A model generated the notes under the pieces. The model was not told the DNA's origin and did no database searches. It worked only from the letters and a program-made list of their open reading frames with translations. From NCBI GenBank assembly GCA_041496385.1, contig JBGQEL010000004.1, forward strand, positions 32,001-96,000: 64,000 bases of DNA. The letters run 5' to 3'. Made by a program: the position numbers and the translations under genes. The stretch is from Candidatus Methylomirabilia bacterium. Its GTDB lineage: Bacteria > Methylomirabilota > Methylomirabilia > Rokubacteriales > CSP1-6. Position 1 is the stretch's first letter. Each line of letters starts with the position of its first letter. Positions 1-11,590 of this stretch are shown piece after piece.

Positions 1-17
1 CCGCGCGCGGACCTAGG

Positions 18-2732
18 CTACCGCTGGCTCTGGCTGAGGGCGCGGAGCGCCTCCTCGAGGCGCTTCTGCTCGGCGCCGTAGGTGGCCCAGTCGCCGCGCC
101 GGAGCGCGTCCTGGGCCCGGTTCCAGATCTCCAGCGCCCGCTGCCCGAGCTGGCGCGCGCCGCCGCCCTCCGCCGACGGGGGCGTGGCGGCCGCGGCCGG
201 CGGCGGCGCGGCGCCGGTGGCCGGGCGCCCCCCGAAGAGGCGTACGAGCGACTGCTGGAGCGTGGGCTCCATCGCAATCTGGTTTCCGTAGGCGACGATG
301 ACCCGCCGGAGCTCGGGCACCGCGCCCTGCTCCGACGCCGCGAGATAGAGCGGCTGGACGTAGATCAGCGACTGGTCGAGCGGCAGCGCGATCAGGGAGC
401 CGCGGATCACCGTCGAGCCGCGCTGGTTCCAGAGGGACAGCTGCTGCGAGATCACGGGGTCCTGATCGATACGCGCGTCGATCTGCCGCGGGCCGAAGAC
501 GAGCTTCTGCTTCGGCAGATCGTAGACGAGGAGCCGCCCGTAGTTGGGCGGATCGGAGCGCGCGGCGAGCCAGGCGATCATGTTGTCCCGCCGGCTCGGG
601 TTGAAGAGCGTGAGGAGGATGAACTCCTCCTTCCTCTCGCCCGGGAGCCGCATGATCGTGTAGTAGGCCTCCATCTCGCGGTCCCGCCCCTCGACCGTCC
701 GCCTCGGGATCGCCCAGAGGTCCTCCTTGTTGTAGAACACCTGGGGGTCCTTCATGTGGTACGTGGCGTACTTCCTCGCCTGGATGGCGAAGAAGTCCTC
801 GGGGTAGCGGATGTGGGGGCGCAGATTCGCCGGCAGGGCCTCGAGCGGGCGGAGCAGCCCGGGGAAGGCGCGCGCGTAGGCGCGCACGAGCGGGTCCGTC
901 GGATCCGCGAGGTAGAAGGCGACCGTGCCATGATAGGCGTCGATCGTGACCTTCACGGAGTTCCGGATGTAGTTCCCCACGCCGGCCACGGGATCCGAGT
1001 ACGGGTAGCGGCTCGTCGTCGTGTAGCCGTCGAGCATCCAGACCAGCCGGCCGTCGTCGGTGACGACGATGTACGGATCGTGGTCGTACTTGAAGAACGG
1101 CGCGATCTGCCGGACGCGCTGCCCGATCGCGCGATAGATCATGATGCGGCTGTCGGCCGTGAGGTCGTTCGCCAAGAGGATCTTCACCTCGCCGAAGCGC
1201 ACGGCGAAGAGGAGCTTCCGCAGCCAGGCGCCGATCGGAATGCCGCCCGTGCCCGCGTAGCTCGTGTAGACGTTCTCGTCCCCCGACGGATACGAGAGCT
1301 CCTGCTGCCGGGTCTTGACCAGCACGTACTCGTTCGACACTTCGCCGAAGTAGAGCTCCGGCCGGGTGATCGCGGGGAAGCCGCCCGTGGACTGCGGCGG
1401 GATGTCCTTCACGAAAAACTCGGGGAGCCCCTCCGGCGTGATCCGGTTCACCGGCCCGACGACGACGCCGTAGCCATGGGTGAAGGTCAGGTGCTCGTTG
1501 ATCCAGATCCGCGACTGCAGATGCGGGTAGGACAGCTCACGCGCCGAGAGCATCAGCTGCCGGTACACGCCATTCATCGTGTACCGGCCGACGTCGACGT
1601 CCGTGAACTTGTAGTAGGTCCGGATCTCCTGGAGCTGGGCGAAGGTCCGCAGCAAGGGCCGGTGGTCCCAGAGCCGGACGTTCTCGATGGTCAGCGCGTT
1701 GCGCTCCAGCGCCCGCGCGTCGAGCGTTTCGTCCGCCGGGAAACTGCGCTCCTCGATCCGGTCGAGGCCGTAGGCCTGTCGCGTCATGCGGATGTTGTGG
1801 CCGATGAAGGGGCGCTCCGCGACCAGCTCGTTCGGCGTCACGCTGAATCGCTGGAGGAGCGCCGGGTAGACGCCCAGGCCCACGATCCACACGAGCCCGA
1901 GCACCACGAGCCCGCCCGCCATGAACCGCAGCCCCGGGCGCGCGATCTGCGCCAGGCAGAGGGCGGCCGCGACCGCGGCGAGCACGGCCAGCACACCGAG
2001 CGCGGGGAGCGACGCATAGATGTCGGTGTAGGACGCGCCGAAGACCACCCCGCGGCTGGAGAAAACGAGCTCGAAGCGATCGAGCCAGAAGCCGACCGCG
2101 GTGAGGGCCAGCGCCAGGGCGCCCAGCACGAGGAGGTGCGCGCGGGCGCCCGTCGCGAGCCGGGGGCCCCGCGTCGTCAGCACGAGGCTCCGCTGGAGCA
2201 CGTAGACCGCGACGGTCAGCACGAGGGTGCCGATGACGAGGGTCAGCGCCCAGCCCTGGAGGAGCCGCCAGAACGGCAGAACGAAGACGAAGAAGGCGAG
2301 GTCGCGGCCGAAGAGCGGGTCCACGCTGCCGAAGGGCACCGCGTTGAAGTATGAGAGCACCGTCTCCCACTGCCCCGTCGCGCGCAGGCCCGAGACGAGC
2401 GCGATGGCCGCCACCACGATCGGCAGGAACCGCCGGATCAGCGGCTCGATCACCACGCGCCCCGGCAGGCCCAGCTGATCCTCGAGCTCCCAGATCACGT
2501 CGGGCGCCGCCGTCCGCACGGCGAAGGTGAGGTTGAGATAGAGAAACACGAGGACCCCGAGGGCCAGCGCCGTGAACAGGGAGCCGCGGAGCGCCAGGAT
2601 CTTGGTGAAGACCTCCACGTAGCCGACTTCCTGGAACCAGAGCCAGTCGGTGTACAGGGGGACGAGCTGGGCGACGACGCCGAGCGCCAGGAACATCACC
2701 AGCAGCACGATCACCGGCTGACCGCGGTTCAT
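18..2732 (-). CDS. UPF0182 family membrane protein
   Basis: 904 aa ORF; N-terminal DWLWF motif, multiple TM segments, RLWD, THGYG, NYIRNSVK and YVQPLY motifs typical of UPF0182. Confidence 0.92.
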   Translation of the reverse strand: MNRGQPVIVLLVMFLALGVVAQLVPLYTDWLWFQEVGYVEVFTKILALRGSLFTALALGVLVFLYLNLTFAVRTAAPDVIWELEDQLGLPGRVVIEPLIRRFLPIVVAAIALVSGLRATGQWETVLSYFNAVPFGSVDPLFGRDLAFFVFVLPFWRLLQGWALTLVIGTLVLTVAVYVLQRSLVLTTRGPRLATGARAHLLVLGALALALTAVGFWLDRFELVFSSRGVVFGASYTDIYASLPALGVLAVLAAVAAALCLAQIARPGLRFMAGGLVVLGLVWIVGLGVYPALLQRFSVTPNELVAERPFIGHNIRMTRQAYGLDRIEERSFPADETLDARALERNALTIENVRLWDHRPLLRTFAQLQEIRTYYKFTDVDVGRYTMNGVYRQLMLSARELSYPHLQSRIWINEHLTFTHGYGVVVGPVNRITPEGLPEFFVKDIPPQSTGGFPAITRPELYFGEVSNEYVLVKTRQQELSYPSGDENVYTSYAGTGGIPIGAWLRKLLFAVRFGEVKILLANDLTADSRIMIYRAIGQRVRQIAPFFKYDHDPYIVVTDDGRLVWMLDGYTTTSRYPYSDPVAGVGNYIRNSVKVTIDAYHGTVAFYLADPTDPLVRAYARAFPGLLRPLEALPANLRPHIRYPEDFFAIQARKYATYHMKDPQVFYNKEDLWAIPRRTVEGRDREMEAYYTIMRLPGERKEEFILLTLFNPSRRDNMIAWLAARSDPPNYGRLLVYDLPKQKLVFGPRQIDARIDQDPVISQQLSLWNQRGSTVIRGSLIALPLDQSLIYVQPLYLAASEQGAVPELRRVIVAYGNQIAMEPTLQQSLVRLFGGRPATGAAPPPAAAATPPSAEGGGARQLGQRALEIWNRAQDALRRGDWATYGAEQKRLEEALRALSQSQR

Positions 2733-2750
2733 GGCGGGGAACGGTGACGG

Positions 2751-4109
<1,359 letters not shown>

Positions 4110-5261
4110 CTACACTCCGGCGTCGTCGCGGAGATCCTTCACCCGGTTCGTCCGCTCCCAGGTGAAGTCGGCCTCCGAGCGGCCGAAGTGGCCGTAGGCC
4201 GCCGTCTTCTTGTAGATTGGCCGGCGCAGGTCGAGGTACTTGATGATCCCGGCCGGCGTGAAATCGAAGTGCCGCCTGACCAGTCCCTCGAGCACCGTGT
4301 TCGGCACCTTGCCGGTGCCGAAGGTCTCCACCATGATCGAGACCGGCTCGGCGACCCCGATCGCGTAGGCGACCTGGACCTGGGCCCGCCCGGCGAGGCC
4401 CGCGGCCACGATGTTCTTGGCCACGTGGCGCGCCATGTAGCAGGCCGAGCGGTCCACCTTCGTCGGATCCTTCCCCGAGAAGGCGCCGCCGCCGTGCGGG
4501 CACGACCCGCCGTAGGTGTCCACGATGATCTTGCGTCCCGTGAGCCCCGTGTCCCCCATCGGGCCGCCCGTGACGAAGCGGCCCGTCGGGTTGACGTGGA
4601 AGACGCACGTCTTTCGATCGAGCAGCTCCGCGGGGATCGTCGGGATGATGACCTGCTCGATGATGTCCTGGCGGAGCTTCTCCGTCGTCACGTCGGGGCT
4701 GTGCTGCGAGGAGATCACGACCGTCTCGACCGCGCGCGGTGCGCCGTCCACGTAGCGGACCGTCACCTGCGACTTCCCGTCGGGGCGCAGGTAGTCGAGC
4801 GCACCCGACTTCCGGCGCTCGGTGAGCCTCATGACGAGCTTGTGGGCGAGCATGATCGGCAGCGGCATGAGCTCCTGGGTCTCGGTGCACGCGTAGCCGA
4901 ACATGAGCCCCTGGTCGCCCGCGCCGAGCTTGTCGACGCCCATCGCGATGTCGCCCGATTGCTCGTCGATCGCCGTGATGACGGCGCACGTCTCGTAGTC
5001 GAAGCCGAACTTGGCGCGTGTGTAGCCGACCTCGCGGATCGTGTCCCGGGCGGTGCGGGGGATGTCCACGTAGCACGACGTCGTGATCTCGCCCGCGACC
5101 ACGACGAGGCCCGTCGTCAGGAGCGTCTCGCACGCCACTCGCCCCGTCGGGTCCTGGCCGAGAATCGCGTCCAGGACCGCGTCGGAAATCTGGTCGGCGA
5201 TCTTGTCGGGGTGACCTTCGGTCACCGACTCCGACGTGAACAGATACTCGTCACGCGCCAT
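4110..5261 (-). CDS. metK: S-adenosylmethionine synthetase
   Basis: [19 protein letters not shown] and GGGAFSGKD motifs; start placed at ATG 5261 behind a GGAGGAG Shine-Dalgarno. Confidence 0.97.
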   Translation of the reverse strand: MARDEYLFTSESVTEGHPDKIADQISDAVLDAILGQDPTGRVACETLLTTGLVVVAGEITTSCYVDIPRTARDTIREVGYTRAKFGFDYETCAVITAIDEQSGDIAMGVDKLGAGDQGLMFGYACTETQELMPLPIMLAHKLVMRLTERRKSGALDYLRPDGKSQVTVRYVDGAPRAVETVVISSQHSPDVTTEKLRQDIIEQVIIPTIPAELLDRKTCVFHVNPTGRFVTGGPMGDTGLTGRKIIVDTYGGSCPHGGGAFSGKDPTKVDRSACYMARHVAKNIVAAGLAGRAQVQVAYAIGVAEPVSIMVETFGTGKVPNTVLEGLVRRHFDFTPAGIIKYLDLRRPIYKKTAAYGHFGRSEADFTWERTNRVKDLRDDAGV

Positions 5262-5311
5262 CGGGCTCCTCCGCATGTCGTCGTCTCGCTCGAGACGATC
5301 GTGATGCCGTC

Positions 5312-5341
5312 ACTCTAGCACGTCCGCTCCGTGCGCCTCAA
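5312..5341 (-). promoter_or_regulatory. Putative sigma-70-type promoter of metK
   Basis: TTGAGG-N18-TAGAGT with an extended TG on the minus strand. Confidence 0.45.
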
Positions 5342-5360
5342 GGATCGACCCGAAGAGGCG

Positions 5361-6401
5361 TCAGCCGAGCCGCCGCTTCAGCTCGTCCAGGAGCGGGACC
5401 GACCAGGGCTCCACCCCGCGCGCGATGGCGGCGTAGTAGCTGACCCACATGCCGACGTAGGTCAGCGACAGCAGGCGCGCCACGTGCCCCGTGCCGCGCG
5501 CGCGGCACTCGCCGATACCGCCCGCGGCGGGCGCCACGAGCTCGCGGAGCAGAGCGAAGCGCCGCGCGATTTCCGGAGGCTCCTCCGCATCGCGCAGCAG
5601 GACGAGGTGCAGCCCGCGCGCCGCCGGCGCGCGCCAGGCCTCGATCTCGTTGTGGTTCATTTCCGGCAATGCACCCGCGAGGGCCAGGAGCTTGGCGTTC
5701 TCCTCAAGGTCGGTCTTCCAGCGGTACGCGACCGACGCCGTCCCGGGACCGCCGTAAATGACCGGCATCCGGTCCTCGAGCGCCAGCGCGAGGCGCTTGG
5801 CCTCGTTTCCGGCCAGCGGGCTCTCCGGTCCGAGCTCGCCCGCCATCGCGCCCAGGACGTCGACCGTCTCGACGAGCTCCGTGTCGCTCGCCACGGGCAG
5901 GCCGAGGCCCGCGAGGACCCGCACCATGGGAAAGAAGAGGTGCCCGAGGGCCATGCGCGGCATGAAGCCGGGCGGCAGGGTGACGCGCGGCAACCGGTGC
6001 GCCGTCGCGAGGCCCGCCAGCCGGCCGCCCGACGTGAGGACGACCACGGCCGCCCCGCGCGCGAGCGCCACCTCCACGGCCGAGAGCGTCTCGGCGGTGT
6101 CGCCCGAGTAGGACGCGGCGATGACGAGCGCGTGCGCGCCCACCGAGGCCGGCAGGCCGTAACCCCGGTGAACGAGACACGGCACGTCGAGCCGGTCGCC
6201 GGCGCACGCGGCCAGCAGATCGCCGCCGGCGGCCGACCCGCCCATGCCGGCCACGACGACGAGGGAGGGTCGGCGTCGCAGGACGGCCGGCTCGGCCTCC
6301 AGCCGTAGCGCTTCGCGGCACTGCAGGGGAAAGGCGGCGAAGACGTCGCGGACCCGGTGCGGGTCCCGCTCTTCGAAGACCCGGGCATCGTCGAGGGTCA
6401 C
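5361..6401 (-). CDS. Bifunctional phosphoglucose/phosphomannose isomerase (SIS + PMI C-terminal domain)
   Basis: GMGGSA, SYSGDTAET, TSGG, MPRMALG, EENAK and PEMNHNEIE motifs; GTG start overlaps the upstream stop (GTGA). Confidence 0.9.
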   Translation of the reverse strand: MTLDDARVFEERDPHRVRDVFAAFPLQCREALRLEAEPAVLRRRPSLVVVAGMGGSAAGGDLLAACAGDRLDVPCLVHRGYGLPASVGAHALVIAASYSGDTAETLSAVEVALARGAAVVVLTSGGRLAGLATAHRLPRVTLPPGFMPRMALGHLFFPMVRVLAGLGLPVASDTELVETVDVLGAMAGELGPESPLAGNEAKRLALALEDRMPVIYGGPGTASVAYRWKTDLEENAKLLALAGALPEMNHNEIEAWRAPAARGLHLVLLRDAEEPPEIARRFALLRELVAPAAGGIGECRARGTGHVARLLSLTYVGMWVSYYAAIARGVEPWSVPLLDELKRRLG

Positions 6402-8497
6402 GGCCCGCCCACGCCGAGCGTCACCCGGATCTCCCGCTCGTCGCCCGGTTCGAGTGCCACGGGCCAGACGAGCAGCAGGGCCATCCCCTGGTAGATGCGC
6501 TCGAAGCCGGCCTCCGAGACGGACACGGTCTGCACGGGCGCCCAGGCAAGCTCCGCCGCGGGCGACCACGCGAGCCGCGCCGCGACTCCGATCCACTCGT
6601 CCACGAGCGCCACGGCGCTCAGGTCCGGCACCCGCCCGCTGCTGCCGAGCGAGGGGCGGCCCTCCAGCGTGAGGTAGCGTCCGGGCGCGTCGCCCGCGGT
6701 GAGCGCCAGATTCCACTGCACCGCCCAGCGGCCCGTCACGCCGCGCCCCCCGGCGGCCCGCAGGCCGTAGCGCGCCTCGAGCGTCGCGCCGTGGACGCTG
6801 ACCACCTTCCGGATCGCGACGGGCTCGCCCGCACGAGGCGAATGCACGAGGGTCGCCGTGACACGACCGTCGCCGACGACGACGGAGCAGTCGAGCCGCT
6901 CACGCGCCAGGGTCAGCCGGGCCCCGCCCCAGGGTGCCAGTGGATCGAGCGGTGATGCGGGACCGTCGAACCAGGCGTCGAGCAGCGACGCACGACGAAA
7001 CTCGTCGTAGTCGAGCAGCGCCTCGAGCCCGGCCTCCTTCACCGCCGGCGCCTCGTGGATCGTCCGGACCTGGCCGCTCGCGCCCGGCCGCCCCGCGGTG
7101 CGGACCCGCTCGTGATACGCCTCGGGCCGGCGGGCGAGCACGTCGGCGAGGTCCAGCGCCTTCGGAAGATAGCCGATCTCCGTGACCGCGCCGCCGAGCT
7201 CGGGATTGAGCGTGACCGCGAGCTCGCCGGTCCGGGCGAAGACCTCCTGGCGGCCGTCTCCGTTTCCGTCCTCCCTCGCCCACCAGACGCCGGCGTCGCC
7301 CAGCGCGGCGGCGAGGCGGGCCTCGCAGTCGAGCAGCGCGCTCTTCACGGCGCGTCGCAGGTGCGGCAGATAGCAGCCGCCGAACACGCCATGCCAGTAC
7401 GCGTCGTTCGCCTGGCCCCGCCAGAGCGCCTCACGCGCCTCCAGAAGCCGCGCGTCGTCGGGTGACGCGTCGAGGGCGGCGTGCACGGCGCGCGAGAGCC
7501 GGAGCATCTTCCAGTGGGTATCGGCGATCTCCGGGTACTTGACGAGGAAGCTCCGCCAGAAGCCTCCCCGCAGGAGGCCGGTGAAACGCTCCCCCTCGCC
7601 GAGGGCGGCGATCTCCTGCCTGGCATGCTCGAGCCTCTGGGCGGCCTCCGCCGGGAGCGCCCACTCGCCCATCTCACGGTAGGAGGCCGTCGGCAGGTAG
7701 ACCCGCCCGCTCGCGGGCAGCCGATCGACCACGTCGCCGAGGGTCGCGAGCTCGAGCCAGTCGGTCGCGAGGATCCGGTCGAAGAAGCTGTCGAGCCAGC
7801 CCTTCTCGTAGACGTGCGCGTGGGTGCCCGGCCACACGCCGAACTTCTCGCCGTCGTCCACCATCGTGAGCGCAGCCACGCGGCCGCGGCGTTCGGCGAG
7901 ATGCTCGAGCGTCGCATCGACCTCGGCGAACGGGACGAGGTACCGGAGCCGCTGGCTGATCGGGAACACGCGCATCACCGCGCCCTGCTCCTCGGTGAGG
8001 TAGTACCCGCCGAGCGCGTCCACGTCCAGGCCGGTCAGCGCGAAGTGGCTGTCGTCCACGAGAACGTACTCGACCCCGGCGGCGGCGAGGATCTTCGGCA
8101 GGTGCGGCTCCCAGACGCGCTCGGCGAGCCACATGCCGCGCGGCCGGACACCGAAGTGGGTCTTGAGGAACGCGCTCAGGCGCTCGATCTGGCCGCGCTT
8201 GTCGGCGTCCGGCAAGACCGCGAGGATCGGCTCGTAGAATCCGCCGGTCAGCAGCTCGACTTGGCCGCGCGCGGCGAGGGTGCCGAGGAGCTCGAAGGTG
8301 CGGGGCGCACGCGCCCGCAGCCACTCGAGGAGGCTCCCCGTGCAGTGGACGGAGAGGCGGATCTCGGGGCGCGCGCGCAGGCGCTCGAGGAACGGCCGGT
8401 AGGCGCGCTCGGTCGCCTCCACGAGCACGTGATCGAAGTTTCCGATCGGCTGGTGGTTGTGAGTCCCGAAGCAGAACACCAGCCGGTCACGACCCAC
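6398..8497 (-). CDS. GH57 alpha-amylase / 4-alpha-glucanotransferase
   Basis: HNHQP, GGFYEPIL, WLAERVW (nucleophile Glu), DDGEKFG (acid/base Asp) and NDAYWHGVFGG motifs. Confidence 0.92.
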   Translation of the reverse strand: MGRDRLVFCFGTHNHQPIGNFDHVLVEATERAYRPFLERLRARPEIRLSVHCTGSLLEWLRARAPRTFELLGTLAARGQVELLTGGFYEPILAVLPDADKRGQIERLSAFLKTHFGVRPRGMWLAERVWEPHLPKILAAAGVEYVLVDDSHFALTGLDVDALGGYYLTEEQGAVMRVFPISQRLRYLVPFAEVDATLEHLAERRGRVAALTMVDDGEKFGVWPGTHAHVYEKGWLDSFFDRILATDWLELATLGDVVDRLPASGRVYLPTASYREMGEWALPAEAAQRLEHARQEIAALGEGERFTGLLRGGFWRSFLVKYPEIADTHWKMLRLSRAVHAALDASPDDARLLEAREALWRGQANDAYWHGVFGGCYLPHLRRAVKSALLDCEARLAAALGDAGVWWAREDGNGDGRQEVFARTGELAVTLNPELGGAVTEIGYLPKALDLADVLARRPEAYHERVRTAGRPGASGQVRTIHEAPAVKEAGLEALLDYDEFRRASLLDAWFDGPASPLDPLAPWGGARLTLARERLDCSVVVGDGRVTATLVHSPRAGEPVAIRKVVSVHGATLEARYGLRAAGGRGVTGRWAVQWNLALTAGDAPGRYLTLEGRPSLGSSGRVPDLSAVALVDEWIGVAARLAWSPAAELAWAPVQTVSVSEAGFERIYQGMALLLVWPVALEPGDEREIRVTLGVGGP

Positions 8498-8503
8498 CGC
8501 TCG

Positions 8504-9376
8504 CTACTCGCGGTCCAGGTCTCGATGCACGACGCTCGGCGCGTAGCCGAGCTCGTCGAGGAAGCGCTTGAGCTCGTCGACCAGCGTCACGGAGCGGTGG
8601 CGGCCGCCGGTGCAGCCGATCGCCACGGTGAGGTAGGCCTTGCCCTCGCGCTCGTAACACGGCAGCAGGAACGTGAGAAACTCCTTGAAGTGTCCGAGGA
8701 GCGCCTGCGACGCCGTGTCCTTCATGACGTACTCGCGCACGCGCGGGTCGCGCCCGTCGAGCGGGCGCAACGCCGGCACGAAGTGCGGGTTCGGCAGGAA
8801 CCGGACGTCGAACACGAGGTCGGCGTCGATGGGCAGACCGTGCTTGAAGCCGAACGAGACCAGCGAGGTGGCGAGCCCGAGGCGCGCCTTGGGCGCCACG
8901 TAGAGCTCGACCAGGAGCTCCTTGAGCTGATGGACGGTCAGCGCCGACGTGTCCACGATCCGGTCGGCGATCTCGCGCATGTTCGACAGCGCCTTCCGTT
9001 CCGCGCGGATGCCCTCCAGGACGTTCCCGTCGGCCGCGAGCGGGTGCCGGCGGCGGGTCTCGCGGTAGCGCCGGACGAGCGCCTCCTCGCCGGCCTCGAA
9101 GAAGAGCACCTCGACCGCGTGGCCGCGCGCCCGGAGCTCGGGGATGGCCTCGATGAGGTGCGAGAGGTACTGCCCCTCGCGGACGTCCACGCCGAGGGCG
9201 ACGCGCCGGATCGTCTGTCCCGAGCGCGCGATCAGGTCGGCGAAGGTCGGGATGAGGGTCGTCGGCAGGTTGTCGACACAGAAGAAGCCCATGTCCTCGA
9301 AGGACTTGATCGCGTAGCTCTTGCCCGCGCCGCTCAGCCCCGTGATGATGACGAACGAGAGGCGCTCGTCCATCAC
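8504..9376 (-). CDS. rapZ: RNase adapter RapZ (P-loop)
   Basis: TGLSGAGKS, CVDNLP, ETRRRHPL, FDVRFLPNP and GCTGGRHRSV motifs. Confidence 0.95.
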   Translation of the reverse strand: MMDERLSFVIITGLSGAGKSYAIKSFEDMGFFCVDNLPTTLIPTFADLIARSGQTIRRVALGVDVREGQYLSHLIEAIPELRARGHAVEVLFFEAGEEALVRRYRETRRRHPLAADGNVLEGIRAERKALSNMREIADRIVDTSALTVHQLKELLVELYVAPKARLGLATSLVSFGFKHGLPIDADLVFDVRFLPNPHFVPALRPLDGRDPRVREYVMKDTASQALLGHFKEFLTFLLPCYEREGKAYLTVAIGCTGGRHRSVTLVDELKRFLDELGYAPSVVHRDLDRE

Positions 9377-10830
9377 CGCTTGCGCGGCGCCAGCCGGCGC
9401 TGGTGCGAGGGCAGGATGCCGAGCTCCTCACGGTACTTCGCGACGGTGCGGCGAGCGATCGTGAGGGCGCGCCCCTTGAGGATGGCGGCCACCTCCTGGT
9501 CGGAGAGCGGCTTGGCCGCGTCCTCGTTCGCGAGGAGATCCTGGATCATCTTCTTGACCGAGACGGAGGAGACCATCTCGCCGTCGCCGGACGCGATGCC
9601 GCTGTGGAAGAAATATTTCAGCTCGAGGAGTCCCTGGGGAGTCTCGACGTACTTGTTCGTCGTCACCCGGCTGATCGTGGACTCGTGCATGCTGACGTCC
9701 TCGCCGACATCGCGGAGCGAGAGCGGCCGCAGGTACGCGAGCCCCTTGTCGAGGAACTCGCGCTGGAACTTGACGATGGACGTGGTCACCTTGCGGAGCG
9801 TGCGCTGCCGCTGGTCCACCGACTTGATCAGCCAGAGTGCCGACCGCAGCTTCTGGTCGACGTACTGCCGGGCGCCCTCGTCCTGTGAGTTGCGGAGCGA
9901 GCGGTACAGCGAGCTCACGCGCAGCCGCGGGATCCCGTCCTCGTTGAGGACGACCGTGTATTCCCCGCTGATCTTGTAGACGAAGACGTCGGGCACGATG
10001 TAGCGGGCGTCGGACCCGCCAAAGCTGCGTCCCGGCTTCGGCTCGAGCCCCATGATCTCCTCGATGGACTCCATGACCCGATCCAGGGGCTGCTTGAGCG
10101 CGCGCGCGATGTCGGGGTAGCGCCGCCGCGAGAGGTCGTCGAAGTGGTGCTCGATGATCTCCTCGGAGAGCGGGTCCACCGGGGGATTGGCGCGGAGCTG
10201 GAGGAGCAGGCACTCCTGGATCCCACGCGCGCCGACGCCGACCGGCTCGAATCGCTGGATCACCTGGGTCAGGACGCGCTCGGCCTCCTCGGGCGTCGTC
10301 TGGCAGCGCTGCGCGATCTCGGCGATCTCGGCGCGGAGGTACCCGTCCTCGTCGATGTTGCCGATGATCTCCTCGCCGATCCGGCGATCGCGCGGATCCT
10401 CGATCGCCAATCGGAGCTGTTCGTCCAGGTGGTCGGACAGCGAGGAGGTGGAGCGGAGCATGTTCTCGAACGGAAGATCCTCGCGCTCCTCCTGCGCCAC
10501 CAGCGACCGCTCCTCGCGGCTGTCGAACATCACCTCGAACGGATCGTACGGCAGGTCGTCCGTCTTGCCCTCCGTCGTCGGCGGCGGCTCCGGCGCCGCG
10601 ACCTGCTCGACGGTCGGGGCCGGGGGCTCGGAGGGTGTCGTCGGCGCCTCGGGCGCCTCGCTGTTGTCGGTCGGGACCTCCTCGAGCAGCGGGTTCTCGA
10701 GCAGCTCCTTCTGCACGACCTCCTGGAGCTCCAGCGTGGAGAGCTGCAGGAGCTGGATGGCCTGCTGGAGCAGCGGCGTCATGACGACCCGCTGGCTTTG
10801 CTTCAGGGACAGGCGCGCTTCCATCGCCAT
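9373..10830 (-). CDS. rpoN: RNA polymerase sigma-54 factor
   Basis: Region I LQQAIQLLQL, HESTISR helix-turn-helix, RpoN box ARRTVAKYRE. Confidence 0.97.
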   Translation of the reverse strand: MAMEARLSLKQSQRVVMTPLLQQAIQLLQLSTLELQEVVQKELLENPLLEEVPTDNSEAPEAPTTPSEPPAPTVEQVAAPEPPPTTEGKTDDLPYDPFEVMFDSREERSLVAQEEREDLPFENMLRSTSSLSDHLDEQLRLAIEDPRDRRIGEEIIGNIDEDGYLRAEIAEIAQRCQTTPEEAERVLTQVIQRFEPVGVGARGIQECLLLQLRANPPVDPLSEEIIEHHFDDLSRRRYPDIARALKQPLDRVMESIEEIMGLEPKPGRSFGGSDARYIVPDVFVYKISGEYTVVLNEDGIPRLRVSSLYRSLRNSQDEGARQYVDQKLRSALWLIKSVDQRQRTLRKVTTSIVKFQREFLDKGLAYLRPLSLRDVGEDVSMHESTISRVTTNKYVETPQGLLELKYFFHSGIASGDGEMVSSVSVKKMIQDLLANEDAAKPLSDQEVAAILKGRALTIARRTVAKYREELGILPSHQRRLAPRKR

Positions 10831-10850
10831 GGCGTGGCTCCCCGCCGGGC

Positions 10851-11573
10851 CTAGAGCGCGAACCGGTCGCCGAGGTAGATCTCGCGCGCGACCGGGTTGT
10901 TGGCGATCTCCGTGGCGGTGCCCGACACGAGGATCTTGCCGTCGTACAGGATGTAGGCGCGATCGGTGATCGCGAGCGTCTCGCGCACGTTGTGGTCGGT
11001 GATCAGGATGCCGATGCCGCGCTCCCGCAGCCGGCTGACGATCTGCTGGATGTCGGCGATCGCGATCGGGTCGATGCCGGTGAACGGCTCGTCCAGCAGC
11101 AGGTACTGGGGTGACGTCACGAGCGCGCGGGTGATCTCGAGGCGCCGGCGCTCGCCCCCCGAGAGCGTGTAGGCGGGGTAGGGCGCCAGCGACGACAGGT
11201 CGAGCTCCGCGAGGAGCTGCCGGGCGCGGACCCGACGCTCACCGCCGGAGAGGTCGAGCGTCTCGAGAATGGCGAGAAGGTTCTCCTCGACCGTGAGCTT
11301 GCGGAACACCGACGACTCCTGCGGCAAATACCCTACCCCCATCCGGCAGCGCTGGTACATCGGCAGTCGCGTGATCTCGTCACCCTCCAGAAAGATGCGC
11401 CCACCCTCCGTGGGCAGAAGCCCGACCATCATGTAGAACGACGTCGTCTTCCCGGCGCCGTTGGGGCCGAGGAGGCCGACGACCTCGCCGCGCTGGATGT
11501 CGAGCGACACGTTGTCGACGACCTTGCGGCTCTTGAACCACTTGACGAGCCCCTGGGCGACCAGCCCCTCCAT
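10851..11573 (-). CDS. lptB: LPS export ABC transporter ATP-binding protein
   Basis: GPNGAGKTT, YLPQESSVF, LSGGERRRLEI, TDHNVRETL; canonical position upstream of rpoN. Confidence 0.95.
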   Translation of the reverse strand: MEGLVAQGLVKWFKSRKVVDNVSLDIQRGEVVGLLGPNGAGKTTSFYMMVGLLPTEGGRIFLEGDEITRLPMYQRCRMGVGYLPQESSVFRKLTVEENLLAILETLDLSGGERRVRARQLLAELDLSSLAPYPAYTLSGGERRRLEITRALVTSPQYLLLDEPFTGIDPIAIADIQQIVSRLRERGIGILITDHNVRETLAITDRAYILYDGKILVSGTATEIANNPVAREIYLGDRFAL

Positions 11574-11590
11574 CGCTCAGTCCCGTCCGC

